Position numbers and translations under genes: made by a program. From NCBI GenBank assembly GCA_002269645.1, contig NIVC01003968.1, forward strand, positions 1-64,000: a stretch of DNA of 64,000 nucleotides. Direction: 5' to 3'. This DNA comes from Macrostomum lignano (Eukaryota). Positions 1-12,299 of the stretch are shown piece by piece (position 1 is the stretch's first letter; each line of letters starts with the position of its first letter). The notes below the pieces were generated by a model. That model was given only the letters and a program-made list of their open reading frames with translations. It had not been told where the DNA came from and did not search any database.

Positions 1-545
1 CTCAACACTGCACCACTCTTGTCACTCAACACTGCACCACTCTAAGGCACTAAATACTGCACCACTCTTGTCACTCAACACTGCGCCACTCTTGTCACTC
101 AACACTGCACCACTCTAAGGCACTAAATACTGCACCACTCTTGTCACTCAACACTGCACCACTCTAAGGCACTAAATACTGCACCACTCTTGTCACTCAA
201 CACTGCACCACTCTTGTCACTCAACACTGCGCCACTCTTGTCACTCAACACTGCACCACTCTTGTCACTCAACACTGCGCCACTCTTGTCACTCAACACT
301 GCGCCACTCTTGTCACTCAACACTGCACCACTCTAAGGCACTAAATACTGCACCACTCTTGTCACTCAACACTGCACCACTCTTGTCACTCAACACTGCA
401 CCACTCTTGTCACTCAACACTGCATAACTCTTGTCACTCAATATTGCACCACTCTTGTCACTCAACACTGCCCCACTCTTGTCACTCAACACTGCATAAC
501 TCTGGTCACTCAATATTGCACCACTCTTGTCACTCAACACTGCAC
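1..545. repeat. 24-bp minisatellite (CTCAACACTGCACCACTCTTGTCA, with a CTAAGGCACTAAATA variant), probably inside a kinase intron
   Basis: Directly visible tandem array. ORF 313..540 (LSDKSGAV repeats) is only its translation. Confidence 0.95.
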
Positions 546-634
546 CACCCTATCAATCTCCAGAGCTACATTAAGTATTGTCCTAGATATGCATTCCAAA
601 TGAAAATAATGACAGAAACGCTCAAATTACATAC

Positions 635-1374
635 CGTTTAAAAATTGAGCAAAGCGTGTTATACTCTTTAAAGAGAGTGAAATTCTCAGTGATGGCATCT
701 GGTAGACTCTTCGGATTCACTGGAAAGTTCTCAAGTTGAAAGTTGAAAGCTGTCTCGCATTTCAAAGCCACTGTGGAGCTCCGTTTGATGGCAATCTCGG
801 ATCGGTTCGGGAAGCGAATCGGTGTCACTTTATTCAGGTAGTCGTGCTTCTCTTCCTTAGTCAGTGCTGTCGTGATGGCCTCCAGCTCGCCATATGTGAT
901 ATCCTTCAAAATCAAGCCAAGGATAGACAAGCAGATACATGTGTTGAATAAGTACACGCAGATTCGTAAATTATCCACTTTAAAAATCTCCCGGCGGTAA
1001 AACTTTCAATTTCCCCAATTGTCCATGTGGATTGGCTTTAAATTACGTAAACATGAATTTCCGAATTTAACAAGTTCAAGAAGACTTGATGGTACAAATC
1101 CTTTCTTGTACTACGAGATTTAAAATAGAACAGCTGCTCCATGGTAACCTACCTTCTTGGCAAGAATTTGAAACACCTGACCGAACGCGCCGGCCCCAAC
1201 AAGGGCAACGGAGTCTGTATGAAAGTGCGACCTCAGCAGAACATCCTTCATCAACTCGTGGCAATAGAACTCTGTGAGTCTCTGACGCACAACGTCCTCT
1301 TTTTTGTCCGCATTGATGATGCGCTTTCTCAGACTCTTCTTCGTTGTCTGTGACACGCCCACGCCAGAGGACAT
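635..1374 (-). CDS. Protein kinase, N-terminal part (exons 1374-1153 and about 903-635); the gene continues beyond the left edge
   Basis: ATG at 1374 in an aaaATG context. Gly-rich loop VGAGAFGQVF. Donor AAG|gtaggt at 1152, pyrimidine-rich acceptor ttttgaag| at 904, then EIAIKR (beta3 lysine) and LFKEYNTL (alphaC-like). Donor |gtatgt at 634. The catalytic loop is not in the window. Confidence 0.6.
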
Positions 1375-2150
1375 TTTGTTTACAAGAGAAACATTAGCAA
1401 CCTCGCAGAAAGTGGATAGGTATTTACAATCTAACGTTTTGTTGTCCCAAGAAATCGTCAGTAATATGCCCTCTAATTTTGTTTATGGCATTTGTTATCA
1501 AGCATAGATTTTTAGTAACATTGAAAATTCATTAAGTTTACAAAACACCTATCAAGGAAAATCAATTTTGCTTCTGCCATCTGGTCTCTAATTGCTTGAA
1601 AAAATTCTTACTAGCTTGAAAATACGAGCATTGATTGTGATGAAATTTTAAGTGGTAAGGCTCTGATATTTCCAAATAAGTTGAGAGAAGCATCGGAGAA
1701 GCCACACAATCATCAATATTCTGGACCAGTAGCTCCAAAACTTCCCAGCAATATATATTGGTAAAAAAATTGAGATGATTTTTCAGTATTTATTAAGTAC
1801 ACAAGAAGAATATTTGAACATAATTGACACAAAAATGTAACATGCAAACGGTGCAGACCTATGCTCATATTTTCAATTCGGAAAACACAGGCATGAAACT
1901 TCTTTACGGCACTAATAGTGATTTTGTGCTTATTTCGCGAATCACAGACACCTGCAGCTTCCAGTGTTAACTCTGATACAAAATAACGCTTTGCTATATC
2001 ATCTGTAAAAAATTAAACTGGAGTACAACTTTCTGGCGACAAATTTCTGAATAAATATTTTGAATAAGAATGCTTGAATATTTCATTTCACTTAACACGC
2101 AATTGCTCAAGGGTGTCAGGTGTCAAAGCTCTAGTGTAATTTCCATTAAA

Positions 2151-4114
2151 TCAAACAGTCTCATCCACAGTCGCGTGCCGAGGCAAGAACCTTTTAACAG
2201 CCCTGGCCTGCATTCCCACAGTCAAGTGGCAGTCGATCATGCTGAAATGAATGGACAAGTTGTTGTCCGCGTAAAACTGCACCATCTTGTCCAGATCGTC
2301 GAACCAGCAGATTTTGTTGCCAAGAGCTACTTTGCCACCTTCCTCTTCGATGCTGATGTGCTCAAACTTGCCGTTGCCAGTGTGCAGTGAAAGCACCTTG
2401 CAGCCTAATTTGCCATCGCGGATCAGGTAAGCGCCGGGTTGCGTGTTCGACAAAATTTCGTGGGCCCTTTGTCTCGTGACGTTTTTGTGATAAGCTGCAA
2501 CTGCCAAATGTTGAGTGGGTAGCGCGGGAGCGGTGCCACGCCTGGCTGCACCCACAAGCTGAAAACAGTGAATATGAACTGTTTGGCTGCAATGAGAACA
2601 GCTGTAGCCTTGCATTACTGAGCTCGGCAGGGGCTGGTAGCACTTGGTGCATTTGGTCCCCTCGGGAATCGTTATGAGCTGGAAACGGTGACCGTTGGAG
2701 TTCCAACCGTTCGGTAAGTTCAATGATTTTGTCTCGTCTAAAGCTTCTTCCACAAGCTCAATAGATCCTTGCTTCGCTTTAAACACTCCAGAGTCACCCT
2801 ATCGCCATCATTTTGAATCAGTTCAAGCGCAAAGGTCTTCTCGCACTTCCTGACCTCCATAATGGTGTCAACAGGAATGTTGAAGGCGTAAGTAGATTGA
2901 CCATCCTTCCTCGGTGGCTTGTTAGCCACAATCAGCTGTTTTGTTGTAAGAATACAAGCGCATATTATGCTCTCTACCTTGCCACTCTTCACCGTTTTCA
3001 CCTTGAAGGAATCATTTCCCAGGTGCAGTCCAATAAGCGTTGGATTTCCAAGATCGGTTGGTAGCTGCTGGATCTGTCTCAAAATTTCCTTTGTAGCAGC
3101 GAGTTGCTCAGCTTGTTTTTTGTACTCATTAGTTTTATCCAGAAAATCCTGCATTGCTGCAACAATCTCACCTACGCATGGCGCGGCGTCGGGAATGTCT
3201 TTTTCTGCAGCCTTCTGCAGCCGCTCAAAGAGCATTAGGTAGCTCGTTGTTTGACGGATCGGAGCCTCAAACAGAGCACGAAAGCCCAGACCAGTACAGC
3301 CGTTGTTGAAGTGTCTCTCAAGCAATTTGAGTTGGATCTGTAGCGAAGGGGTTTTCTTGAACCCATCTTTCATTATTTCTTCAGCAGTCGGCAAGTCTGA
3401 AAAATAATTTTTGTAGACTTCTAGCTTAGGAGCCAACTCATTGTAAAGGTCAGGGAGCTGCATGCAGAACTGCTCACAACCCTGGTCGGCAAGGGCGCTG
3501 AGCTTCTCGTGGAACTCTTTGTGAACCAGGTACAGCTGCTCCGTGTGCCGAAACACGACTTCGACGAACTCCTCGCTCCACTCTGACAGCAGTCCGAGCA
3601 GCTCTTGCCGATACAGAAGCAGCTTGGTGAGCTTGTCTACGAGAGCCTTCTCGTGGTCGCAGATCTCCTTGATGATTTTGTCCATCATTCCTCCACCGAC
3701 GCTGATGTTTGACTGTCGCTTCGGCTTTGGAACAACTTGACCAGACTTGCTGACGAGTTTATGAATCGAACTCACCACCTTTTCAGGATTGCTCATCGTG
3801 AGCAGATCGTCCGGCTCGAACAGCTCGTCTTCGCGCATTCCAAACTCTTCTTGGCACTTTTCAACAAAAAAATTCAGATTTCTTTTAGCTATAATCGGGG
3901 AATTGATGGCGCAGCACGTTTCATTACCACTGGAGATGCGGCCTTCGCTCAGCTGTGTGAGCACTGTGCAAAGTATCTCACCATTGCTCAGTAGCTGACA
4001 AAGATCTTGATCACTTGAGCAGTCTGAAGCAAATTCTGGATTAGAAAGCAATTGCTGGAGTGCTTGAATGCATTCCCCTCTTATTTTATCGCCGGTGGTC
4101 AAATAGTTGTCCAT
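2151..4114 (-). CDS. vav: Vav-like Rho/Rac GEF copy 1 (CH-DH-PH-C1-SH2), intronless, with a 1-nt frameshift at about 2740
   Basis: Vav-type CH domain (LSNGEILC...NLNFFVEKCQEEFGMREDELFEPDDL), DH (EICDHEKALV...PIRQTTSYLMLF...TNEYKK), PH, C1 (H...CTKC...GYSCSHC...HIHC), SH2 (GAYLIRD...FEHISI). ORFs 2738..4114 and 2151..2786 join if one T is added (KKL/LDETKSLNLP), matching copy 2. Confidence 0.85.
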
Positions 4115-4814
4115 AGAACTGGCTTCTTTGAAGATCGTTCTGTGTTGCTTTTGCTAAACGAAAAGAACTGCTTCTTTGCTTTTTCGCTCTTGTTTTGATG
4201 GCTGCTCAGAGATTCAATTTAAAGCGATGCTATTGTGCTCCACTAGTACCTCGGGTCTTGGGTAAAAACTCAAGCGCAACATCAGTTTTTAAGGCGTACG
4301 AGCGTACGTGTCTCAATGTACAGTTCTGTTCACTGGCGTGCGTACTTTCTTGCCCACCCCTAACAGGACTCCGAATATGCACATTGCTAACTCAAAGGAA
4401 GCCTCCATCCTGAAGGCTACAGTGCTGTACCTCGAAAACGACGAAAACTTTACCTCCTGCATTATAGAGTTGTTTGTGAGATATTACATCCAGACCACAT
4501 ACGCATGTAGGTTCAGAGGGTCAGAATTTCATTAATTAAAGTTTTTCTTAGCAGTTTCGTCAGGTTAGCTCCATAATCTAGAACATATATGTTTTAGTTC
4601 GAGAAAGTTGTACGATATTAATCTCTTTTAATGAAATGATACTTGAAAGCGAAATCATTTTACTACTTTTGTTAAATAGATGGCAAACAATCAGTTTCTG
4701 TCAAAACAGTTGCCTAAATTTAAGGCAACTGTTTAAATTTACCTTTCAATGTTATTTAAAATCTCTGTTTCGGGTACGTGTTCTTGAGTCATAGGCAGGT
4801 CAATGTACAATATT

Positions 4815-5030
4815 TTATTGCAGATTATAGTCAGTTCGGCTTATAGCTGCGACGGTTGGATTGTGTCCCGTCAAACCCTCGATGGGAAAAACCTCTGTTG
4901 AAGAGCGATCTGGGACTGTCTCTTTCGCGCGTACGACGGGCGTACGACGATCCAATCTCAAGTAGGCCCAAGCCCACAAAAAACCGAGCAAGAAACAGCT
5001 TAAGCCAACTGCCGCTTTGCCTCCACGCAA
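4815..5030 (-). CDS. Possible small ORF or exon with one N-terminal hydrophobic segment (type II membrane-like)
   Basis: Hydrophobic stretch AAVGLSCFLLGFLWAWAYL followed by basic residues. It starts with GTG and I recognise no homologue. Confidence 0.15.
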   Translation of the reverse strand: MRGGKAAVGLSCFLLGFLWAWAYLRLDRRTPVVRAKETVPDRSSTEVFPIEGLTGHNPTVAAISRTDYNLQ

Positions 5031-6876
5031 CAGTTGAGGGACCTAGCAATATGGTCAAGGAACGGTCGAACAAAATGAGGTGTCAGGGGTCCGATTAAAT
5101 AGACGACCGGGCTGAGGTCATGATTGGTTAAAGTGAGCAACAAATAGAGGGTGAGGCGGCATGTGACTTGAGCCAAAAGTTCACAGTCAATCAAGAGACC
5201 AACATCGCAGGGCACAAATAACTGAGGATGTATGCACTAGTTTCAATCCAAGTTGACGACGCCGCGCGCAGGCTAGGGAGACAAATAATATAAATATTGA
5301 CGCAGCAAGAATATAAATACAATAGTTAATAATTATTAAATACTACGCCTCTACACAAAAACATGGAGACTCAACTCACTACAGTAAATAAATAAGCATT
5401 TGATGGAGGGCTGCAGGCAAGCTGGCGATATCGCCCTACCAGCGCTGAAGGCAGTTCTGTCCATTTCGCTGACTCCTGAGAACAAAACAACCGTGCCACG
5501 AACTCATCCACACGCTCACGGGGCAGGGTGTACGGTACAGCGGCCTCTCTGTGCCTTGGGATTGGCCCTCATGACTGTGAATCGAACTACAACCTTCAGT
5601 GGTTAAAATGAAGCTCACAAGCTTCAAGTGAATATGTCCGGGCACGGATTTGAACTCGAGTCGTGTGCAAGAATCAGACGCGTTTACTACCGCATGATGC
5701 AGCTTTTACAAAAACTCTGGGTAGTCTTGACTGAAGGTTGTGACAGATTTCACTCAACAACATGTTTAAGTTTCCACTCTGATACTGTACCAGTGATCAA
5801 CATGTGGCAGCTTTAATCCAACTCAACCCGTAAATCTCCACCCTCCTCACCAGCCTAAGCCAGGGCCTTGTGACTGCATCATCCACAGTTGAGCCGAGAA
5901 CCGTGGGAGTGGTTTGAATTGCGTCACTTGGGGCTGAGATCTGAGAAAAGTTGACCACTGATTTCGGGGTGAAAACTCTGCCCCAACTTCGTTCAATTCA
6001 GTCCAAGTCAATCCAGATTTTTCTCGTGAAAGCTACATTGTATGTTATCAATATGTTATCTATCTGTCAACAGGATCGCGTCTTTTGACTTCTGCTGTTA
6101 CTCGAACTTGCTTGTCTAATGCCCAATTTGAGGGCTTCATTAACTGAAAAGTTGTAAAATAAGCATACAGTCAGTTTCTAATCTAATTTATTGATAATGC
6201 AGTAACGACCTGATAAGGTAAATAGTACATTTACTAGAGATTTTTGGTTCTTCTCTGGTATTTGTATGACCAGAACTGGCTGTCATGGCAACTCCAAACG
6301 AAACACAAAAATTAAACGGAACAAATGCGTCACGCTTGATATTTTACACACTTGTGAAACAGCTGGATGCAAATTTTCGCAATCAAATGCGCGATGCAAT
6401 TAGGCTGGCAGTTAAAGCTTCTCTGTAGCTGGCTGTGACGCCAATTTCGTGGCCCGGTGCCTCTATTGTTAGCTAGTTGAGCTCGCAGGAAACTTGACTT
6501 TACTTGGCTTAGCTGCAGGGGCATCGTCCAGCGGCGGATGCAGCGAGTAGGCAGAAGGGACCGCTCATTTCGCTAGCCCCTGGAGTCCAAAAACTTCCAG
6601 CGAAGGCCTGCAACCGTCGGAGAGAACCAACGGGTTAGGTCCGAGATGAGTGAGCCTGGCCCTGGTGAAAACTGGACAGTGGCAGGTAAAGTACACAGGG
6701 TTTTCACTATCTGAGCAGCAGAAGAAGCGCACCGCTTCTCAAGGAAACAGCCATGCTGACTGCTCTGAGGCCTCTGCGCAGGAGACGCGTCACGGGACCA
6801 AAGGAGATCCTAAGTTTACTGCTGCCACGCATGTCACAGTACTACCCACTGTCAAACCACTAAAGTGTCTATTGTA

Positions 6877-7985
6877 CAACAACAACAACAAAAACAACAA
6901 CAAATTACGCAGCCCCCCACGCAAGGTCACAGTGAGATCAGGGCACGTCAGATGGTGCGCCGCAGAGCCTGACAGCGGACAAAGTCCGCCCCGTTGGCAG
7001 TGTCGGGCGCCCCGGCGTCGCATAGGAGGCAGTCCACGTATCGACGAGTTTGGGCCTGACTTTGCCTGAACGGGCCCTGCAAGATGAGCAGCAGGACTTC
7101 CTGAACAGGTTAGGGGCAGTAGCCCTCGACCCGGATCACGTGGCCCGCCAGTTAAAGTCGCTACCGGCTCAGGATAATCGACAGGCGCTGCAGCTTGGCC
7201 CAATCCTACAGGGCCTCGGTCCCGACGCTCTCGTCAGCTCGAAAAGCCGCACGGAGCAGCCCTGAGTGCGCCGAGTCCAGCTGCCGCTCTAGCGTAGCCG
7301 TCAGGCATTGTATAGCAGGACGGTTTCGACCACCGCCTGCCACAGCCAAGCCCTCTGGCGGTCGGGCGGCGCTTCGGACTGGAGGACGGCTCGGATCGAC
7401 GGAAGGCTACCCAGACAAGTACTCTGCGCCGCCGGAGGTCTTCCTCCACGTGGGGCACCAGACCGCCGAGGTAGGTGAACCGCTGGCAACGTGCAAACTT
7501 GGTTGTCTGCCCGTCAGGCCCGCTGGGATGTCGACCTGCACAGTCAGCACCTCAGTCTTTTGCGTGTTGACAACCATACCGACGCTAGATGCCACCTCGA
7601 CCAGCCGGTCGATCTGGCACTGGGCGCCTTCGACGGACGAGGACAGGAGGGCGAGGTCGTCGGCGTGGCCAAGCAAGCTCGGGCGCTTTTTGCTGTGGCG
7701 GCGAACGATGCGTCTGCGCGGCAGGAAGCCGTCGTCAGCCGAGGGAACAGCACAATGTCCTCCGTGGTGACTGGGCTGGTGCAGAAGTCCTCATCAGCTG
7801 GGGTGTCCAGTGGGAGCGCAAAAAGGCAGGCAGCGGCGACGCGGGCGCGGTCAGGATGCCGGCGAAGAAATCGCGCAATTCATTCCTGCGCTCCTCCGGG
7901 GTGTCACTGGCCAAGTTCAGCGCCACTCGCTTTTTGCGCCCCGTCAGAGTCCGCAAATCCGAATGGCCAATCCATTGATAGTACA
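6877..7985 (-). mobile_element. Degenerate, internally deleted non-LTR retrotransposon (RTE/RTE-X-like) with a (TTG)n tail
   Basis: Translates to DDGFLPRRRIVRRH...LLGHADDLALLSSSVEGAQ...GMVVNTQKTEVL (RT YADD region and downstream). Several frameshifts. (CAA)n at 6877-6903 is the 3' microsatellite tail on the minus strand. Confidence 0.75.
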
Positions 7986-8664
7986 CAATGCGACTTGCAT
8001 GAAGTTTACAGTTAGGACAAAAAAACCAGACAGAAAAGTACTTTCACTAGTTTAGCTAGCTTTCCACTTCAGCTATCAAGACACTGCGATGTTTGAGATC
8101 TCACATCTGCGAATGCAGCAACGGATATTCTGTCAGCTCTTCTGCAAGCATAGCTAGTTAGTAGCCTGTGAACTAAGTTATTTCAAATATATATATATAT
8201 ATGTATATAGTGTGAAAAAATTACCAATTGACAGTGGAGTCACCACAGTGCGGCCGATAAACATTCACTCAATAATTGGTTTGGTAATTGTCTACAGTAA
8301 CTTTGTCATAGATTGGTATGCAGACTGGATGCTTCGGCAAGAGTGAACAGCAACGAGATAAAACTCAAACTTTATATTTAAATTTGATAACGTTTGAATT
8401 TTTTCTGAGTATCATACAAGAACTACTATTAAAAATAAGTGGCTGATCTACTAAATAATTAAGCGCGTGACAAAAAAGACTTTTGTTGACGAAAAAACTT
8501 GAATAGAACGTGAAACAATGGTGTGAAAAACTTTCATCTAGACTGCTAGCAGAAATGTGAAGAACTTATGATATTCACGATTAAAGATTCGCTGTGTCAA
8601 TAAGGCAATGGTTAGCTATACTGTTTAACTAGAATAGTTAGGGGAGTGCACGAGCACTAATAGT

Positions 8665-10535
8665 CTAATTCGAAGTGCTGAACTCAATGCCTTCGTTCAG
8701 TGTACAATCTATAGTGGTAAAATGAATTGACAGCTTGTTTACTCGATAGAAGTCCAACAGCTGGTCCAAGCTATCGAACGCTTTTGTGTTCTCGCCTAGA
8801 GAACACTTGCCATTGCTTTCCACTATATTGATGTGCTTGATTTCGGTGCTGGTCTTCAAGGAAAGAGCTTTGCCGCCGGTCCTGCTGTTGCGAATCAGAA
8901 ATGTCCCCTCGGGCCGATCTTTGAGAAGCTCTTTTGACCCGTCTCGCGACAGATTTCCGTGATCGACCTCTCGAGCTGGCAGGCCAACGAACCTCTGCAT
9001 GCAGCGCAGGTGACAGCGGTTGTCGCAGTGGGCGCAGCTGTATCCTTGCATAAAAGAGCCGGGCAGAATCTCCTGGCATTCGGAGCACTGCGACCCTTCG
9101 GGTAGCGTCTTGAGCTCGAACTTGTGACCATTGGAGTTCCATCTGGTCGGTAAGTTTAAAGACTTTGCGTCCAGTAGAAGTTTTTTCCACTTTTCCAGCT
9201 CTTCTCGTCGTTTCTGACACTCGAGGACCACCCTGTCGCCATTTTTTCTTGAAATCTCAAGGCCTGATGCTTTGTCGCCGTTTTTTACGTTCGCGATGCT
9301 CTCGATTGGATGTGAAAAGCGTATGTGTTGCACTGGCACTCTTTCTTTTGCAATCTGGAGGCAAAAATCACCTGTTTCGTTGTTACAAGGCAGGTGCAAG
9401 TTTGACTCTCAACCTTGCCCTGCTTTACCGTTTTCACCTTAAAGCACTCGTCGGCTAGATGAAGCCCAATCAGTGCTGGATCTGCAAGGTCTTTTGGAAG
9501 CTTGCATATCTGACCCAGAATGGCTTTCGTGACTGCGAGGTGCTCAGCTTGCCTTTTGTATTCATTGGCTCTGTTAAGAAGGTCCTGAACTCCTGCAACA
9601 ACTTCGCCTATATCATTTGCTAAGTCAGGAAAGTCCTTTCCTGCAGCCTTCTGCAGGCGCTGAAAGAGCATGAGGCAGCTCGTCGGCTGACGGATCGGAG
9701 CGCTGAATAGAGCATGAAAAACCAGACCAACTTGACCGTTGCTGAAGTGCTTCTCAAGCTTGGTAATTTGGTGTTTTTGTACGGGTGATCTCTTGAACTC
9801 TTCTTCCATTCTATTTTGAGCAGTCGGCATGTGCGAAAAGTATTCCTTGTATATCTCTAGTTTGGGAACCATCTCACGAAATAGTGGTTTGAGCTGCTTG
9901 CAGAACTGCTCACAACCCTGGTCGGCAAGGGCGCTGAGCTTCTCGTGGAACTCTTTGTGAACCAGGTACAGCTGCTCCGTGTGCCGAAACACGACTTCGA
10001 CGAACTCCTCGCTCCACTCTGACAGCAGTCCGAGCAGCTCTTGCCGATACAGAAGCAGCTTGGTGAGCTTGTCTACGAGAGCCTTCTCGTGGTCGCAGAT
10101 CTCCTTGATGATGTTGTCCATCATTCCTCCACCGACGCTGATGTTTGACTGTCGCCTCGGCTTTGGAACAACTTGACCAGACTTGCTGACGAGTTTATGA
10201 ATCGAACTCACCACCTTTTCAGGATTGCTCATCGTGAGCAGATCGTCCGGCTCGAACAGCTCGTCCTCGCACATTCCGAACTCTTCTTGACACTGTTCGA
10301 CGAAGAATTTCAGGTTACTTTTAGCCATAAACTGCGAATTGATGGCGCTATACGTCCCATCGTCGTTCGAAATCCTTCCATTGCTCAGCTGCGTGAGCAC
10401 TGTACAGAGTACGTCACCATCGCTCAGTAGCTGACAAAGATCTTGACTGTTTAGGCAGTCGGCAGCAAAGTCTGAGTCTGACAGTAGACGCTGAAGGCCT
10501 TGAATGCACTGTTGGATTTGGCTTTGGTTTGCCAT
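8665..10535 (-). CDS. vav: Vav-like Rho/Rac GEF copy 2 (CH-DH-PH-C1-SH2), intronless, with a 1-nt frameshift at about 9308
   Basis: Same domain order as copy 1; SH2 reads GTFLIRNSRTGGKALSL. ORFs 9285..10535 and 8665..9399 join if one C is added (YAFHI/PIESIANV versus copy 1 YAFNIPVDTIMEV). Confidence 0.85.
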
Positions 10536-11565
10536 CGAACGGTCAGAGCGTAGTGCGTGCTTGAATAGCTTTTCGTTTCTTTTTTACTTTAGTAGACCGA
10601 AAGAGTAAGCCTAGAGCAGACCTTTAACTGGATTGGTTTCTTTTTTAGCTAGTAGTTGCAGCGGCAACTGATTTATTTGGATCTTGAATCTTAGATGCTA
10701 GTCATGTCCTATGCTCAATAAAGTCGTCTCTATTGCAGCATCTACGCTCAGAGGGAGAGTTCTGATAAATAGCTTGTGACCATGTGTACAAACAACTCGC
10801 TCAGAATGGGCAGATGGGGCTGGAGTGAAACGAACTATGCTATCCTGGTGTTGTCAAGTTCTCTACTTATTTTTTGGCATCGTGGGCTAGAAATTCCTAC
10901 CATATGCTCGTATTTGTTTTCTACCCGCATGCATCGAGTTTGCAGGGTTGAGCGGAGAGATGCGCGCCTATCTCTGTTCTATTTTTAGTACTTACCTACT
11001 GGCCTATTGAAGGATGCGTTCGTAGCGAGAGACAGTTTATTGTCGACTATGTATATTCGAATACTGAATCCTTGTTCTTAGGCAAGAAAATGTATACCAA
11101 CTATCCTTTATTCATGTGCGTGTACATTCGATTCTTTTTGGTTCATTGTATTTACATAATTAAACTGCAGCTTTCTGCAGTCAACATCCGCTATTCAAAG
11201 AGGAAAAATTCTCAAGTCTCGTATTTTAGTTAGTAGTAGTTATACACTAATTTTTAGACTGGCTACTAGCAAAAAAGTAGTATTATTATTTTCTGATAAA
11301 AATTATCGTCTACTTTGTTTGTTATGATATGAATTCAGGGCACTCGGATTTGCGTCGAATGCCTGCTGATTGATATAAGACCTACTAACAGATTATTTTG
11401 TGCATTATTACGAGCTAAAATAGAAAATGCAGAGAGTGCACCTTGGCAAGAGAGAACTAAACTGACAAATAAGTTACGAAATCCATCATGGAAAAAATAG
11501 TTTCTGTTGATTACATATGAAGTACTGACTGACGGTTGTCTCGGGTGGTTTGGTAGGTCTTCAAT

Positions 11566-12267
11566 ATCCCACCGCTGCCACCAGTGAAGTAGTCACTCTT
11601 AGCTTCCCGATTTAGTTTCAGGCACTTAAAATCTACCTTTAAATTCCGGCGCCTCTTCAGTCGGAAGCTCTATAGTTGTAGAGTAGGTAGTGCTGCCACC
11701 ATTCTGTCGGGTCTCGGCCTTCGGTGAGGGTGAGTTTCCTTCGGGACGAAATAACTAAGACGAGTGAGATTGAGATCTGTAGCTCAACCTACAAAGGCAT
11801 CTCGTCAGCAGATCCTGTCGGGCTCAATGGGTGGTTGGGAGGGCAGGGTTAGCCTCTTGTCGGCTTGGGGCCTTTAGTTGGATGGTCAGGCTAGCACTTA
11901 TAGGCTGGGAATCCCATTGCGCCATTGTGCGCAAGAACTCGTGATTCCTCCCTCCTACCTTAGAGAAGGCAGGCGGGACCCGGGACACATTCTGCCGTAA
12001 ACACAGACTAGCTCACATGACAAGGGAAAACAGGCCACCAACTGTGACCTCAAATGGAGCAAACCAAGAACAGACCACAGCAGAGATGCCCATGGTAGCA
12101 AACAAAAGCACAGAGAAAACGCAGCACAGGGAAGTGTGGAACGCAGGCAGATCAAAAAGGGGAGGGAAGCTGCCCAGCGGCAGACAGTAACCCAAAGCTG
12201 GGCGAGGGCGAGGGAAACTGCTGACAGTAGGGCGACGCCAGACACTAAACTAGCGACTAACAACACA
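11566..12267 (-). mobile_element. LTR (about 11585-12267, TG...CA) followed by a tRNA-Leu primer-binding site (11566-11583); the internal region is lost
   Basis: The minus strand reads ...CTACTTCA C TGGTGGCAGCGGTGGGAT, an 18-nt PBS identical to the one at 59806. A TGTG start lies near 12267. The upstream boundary is less certain. Confidence 0.55.
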
Positions 12268-12299
12268 TAGCTGGTAATTATTCATAGAAAATATGTGAT

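Noticed and set aside
6490-6876. Possible 5' end of a second, plus-strand RTE-like LINE
   Set aside because: Only a vague resemblance to an endonuclease start (FTAAT..V.VL), with no recognisable ORF.
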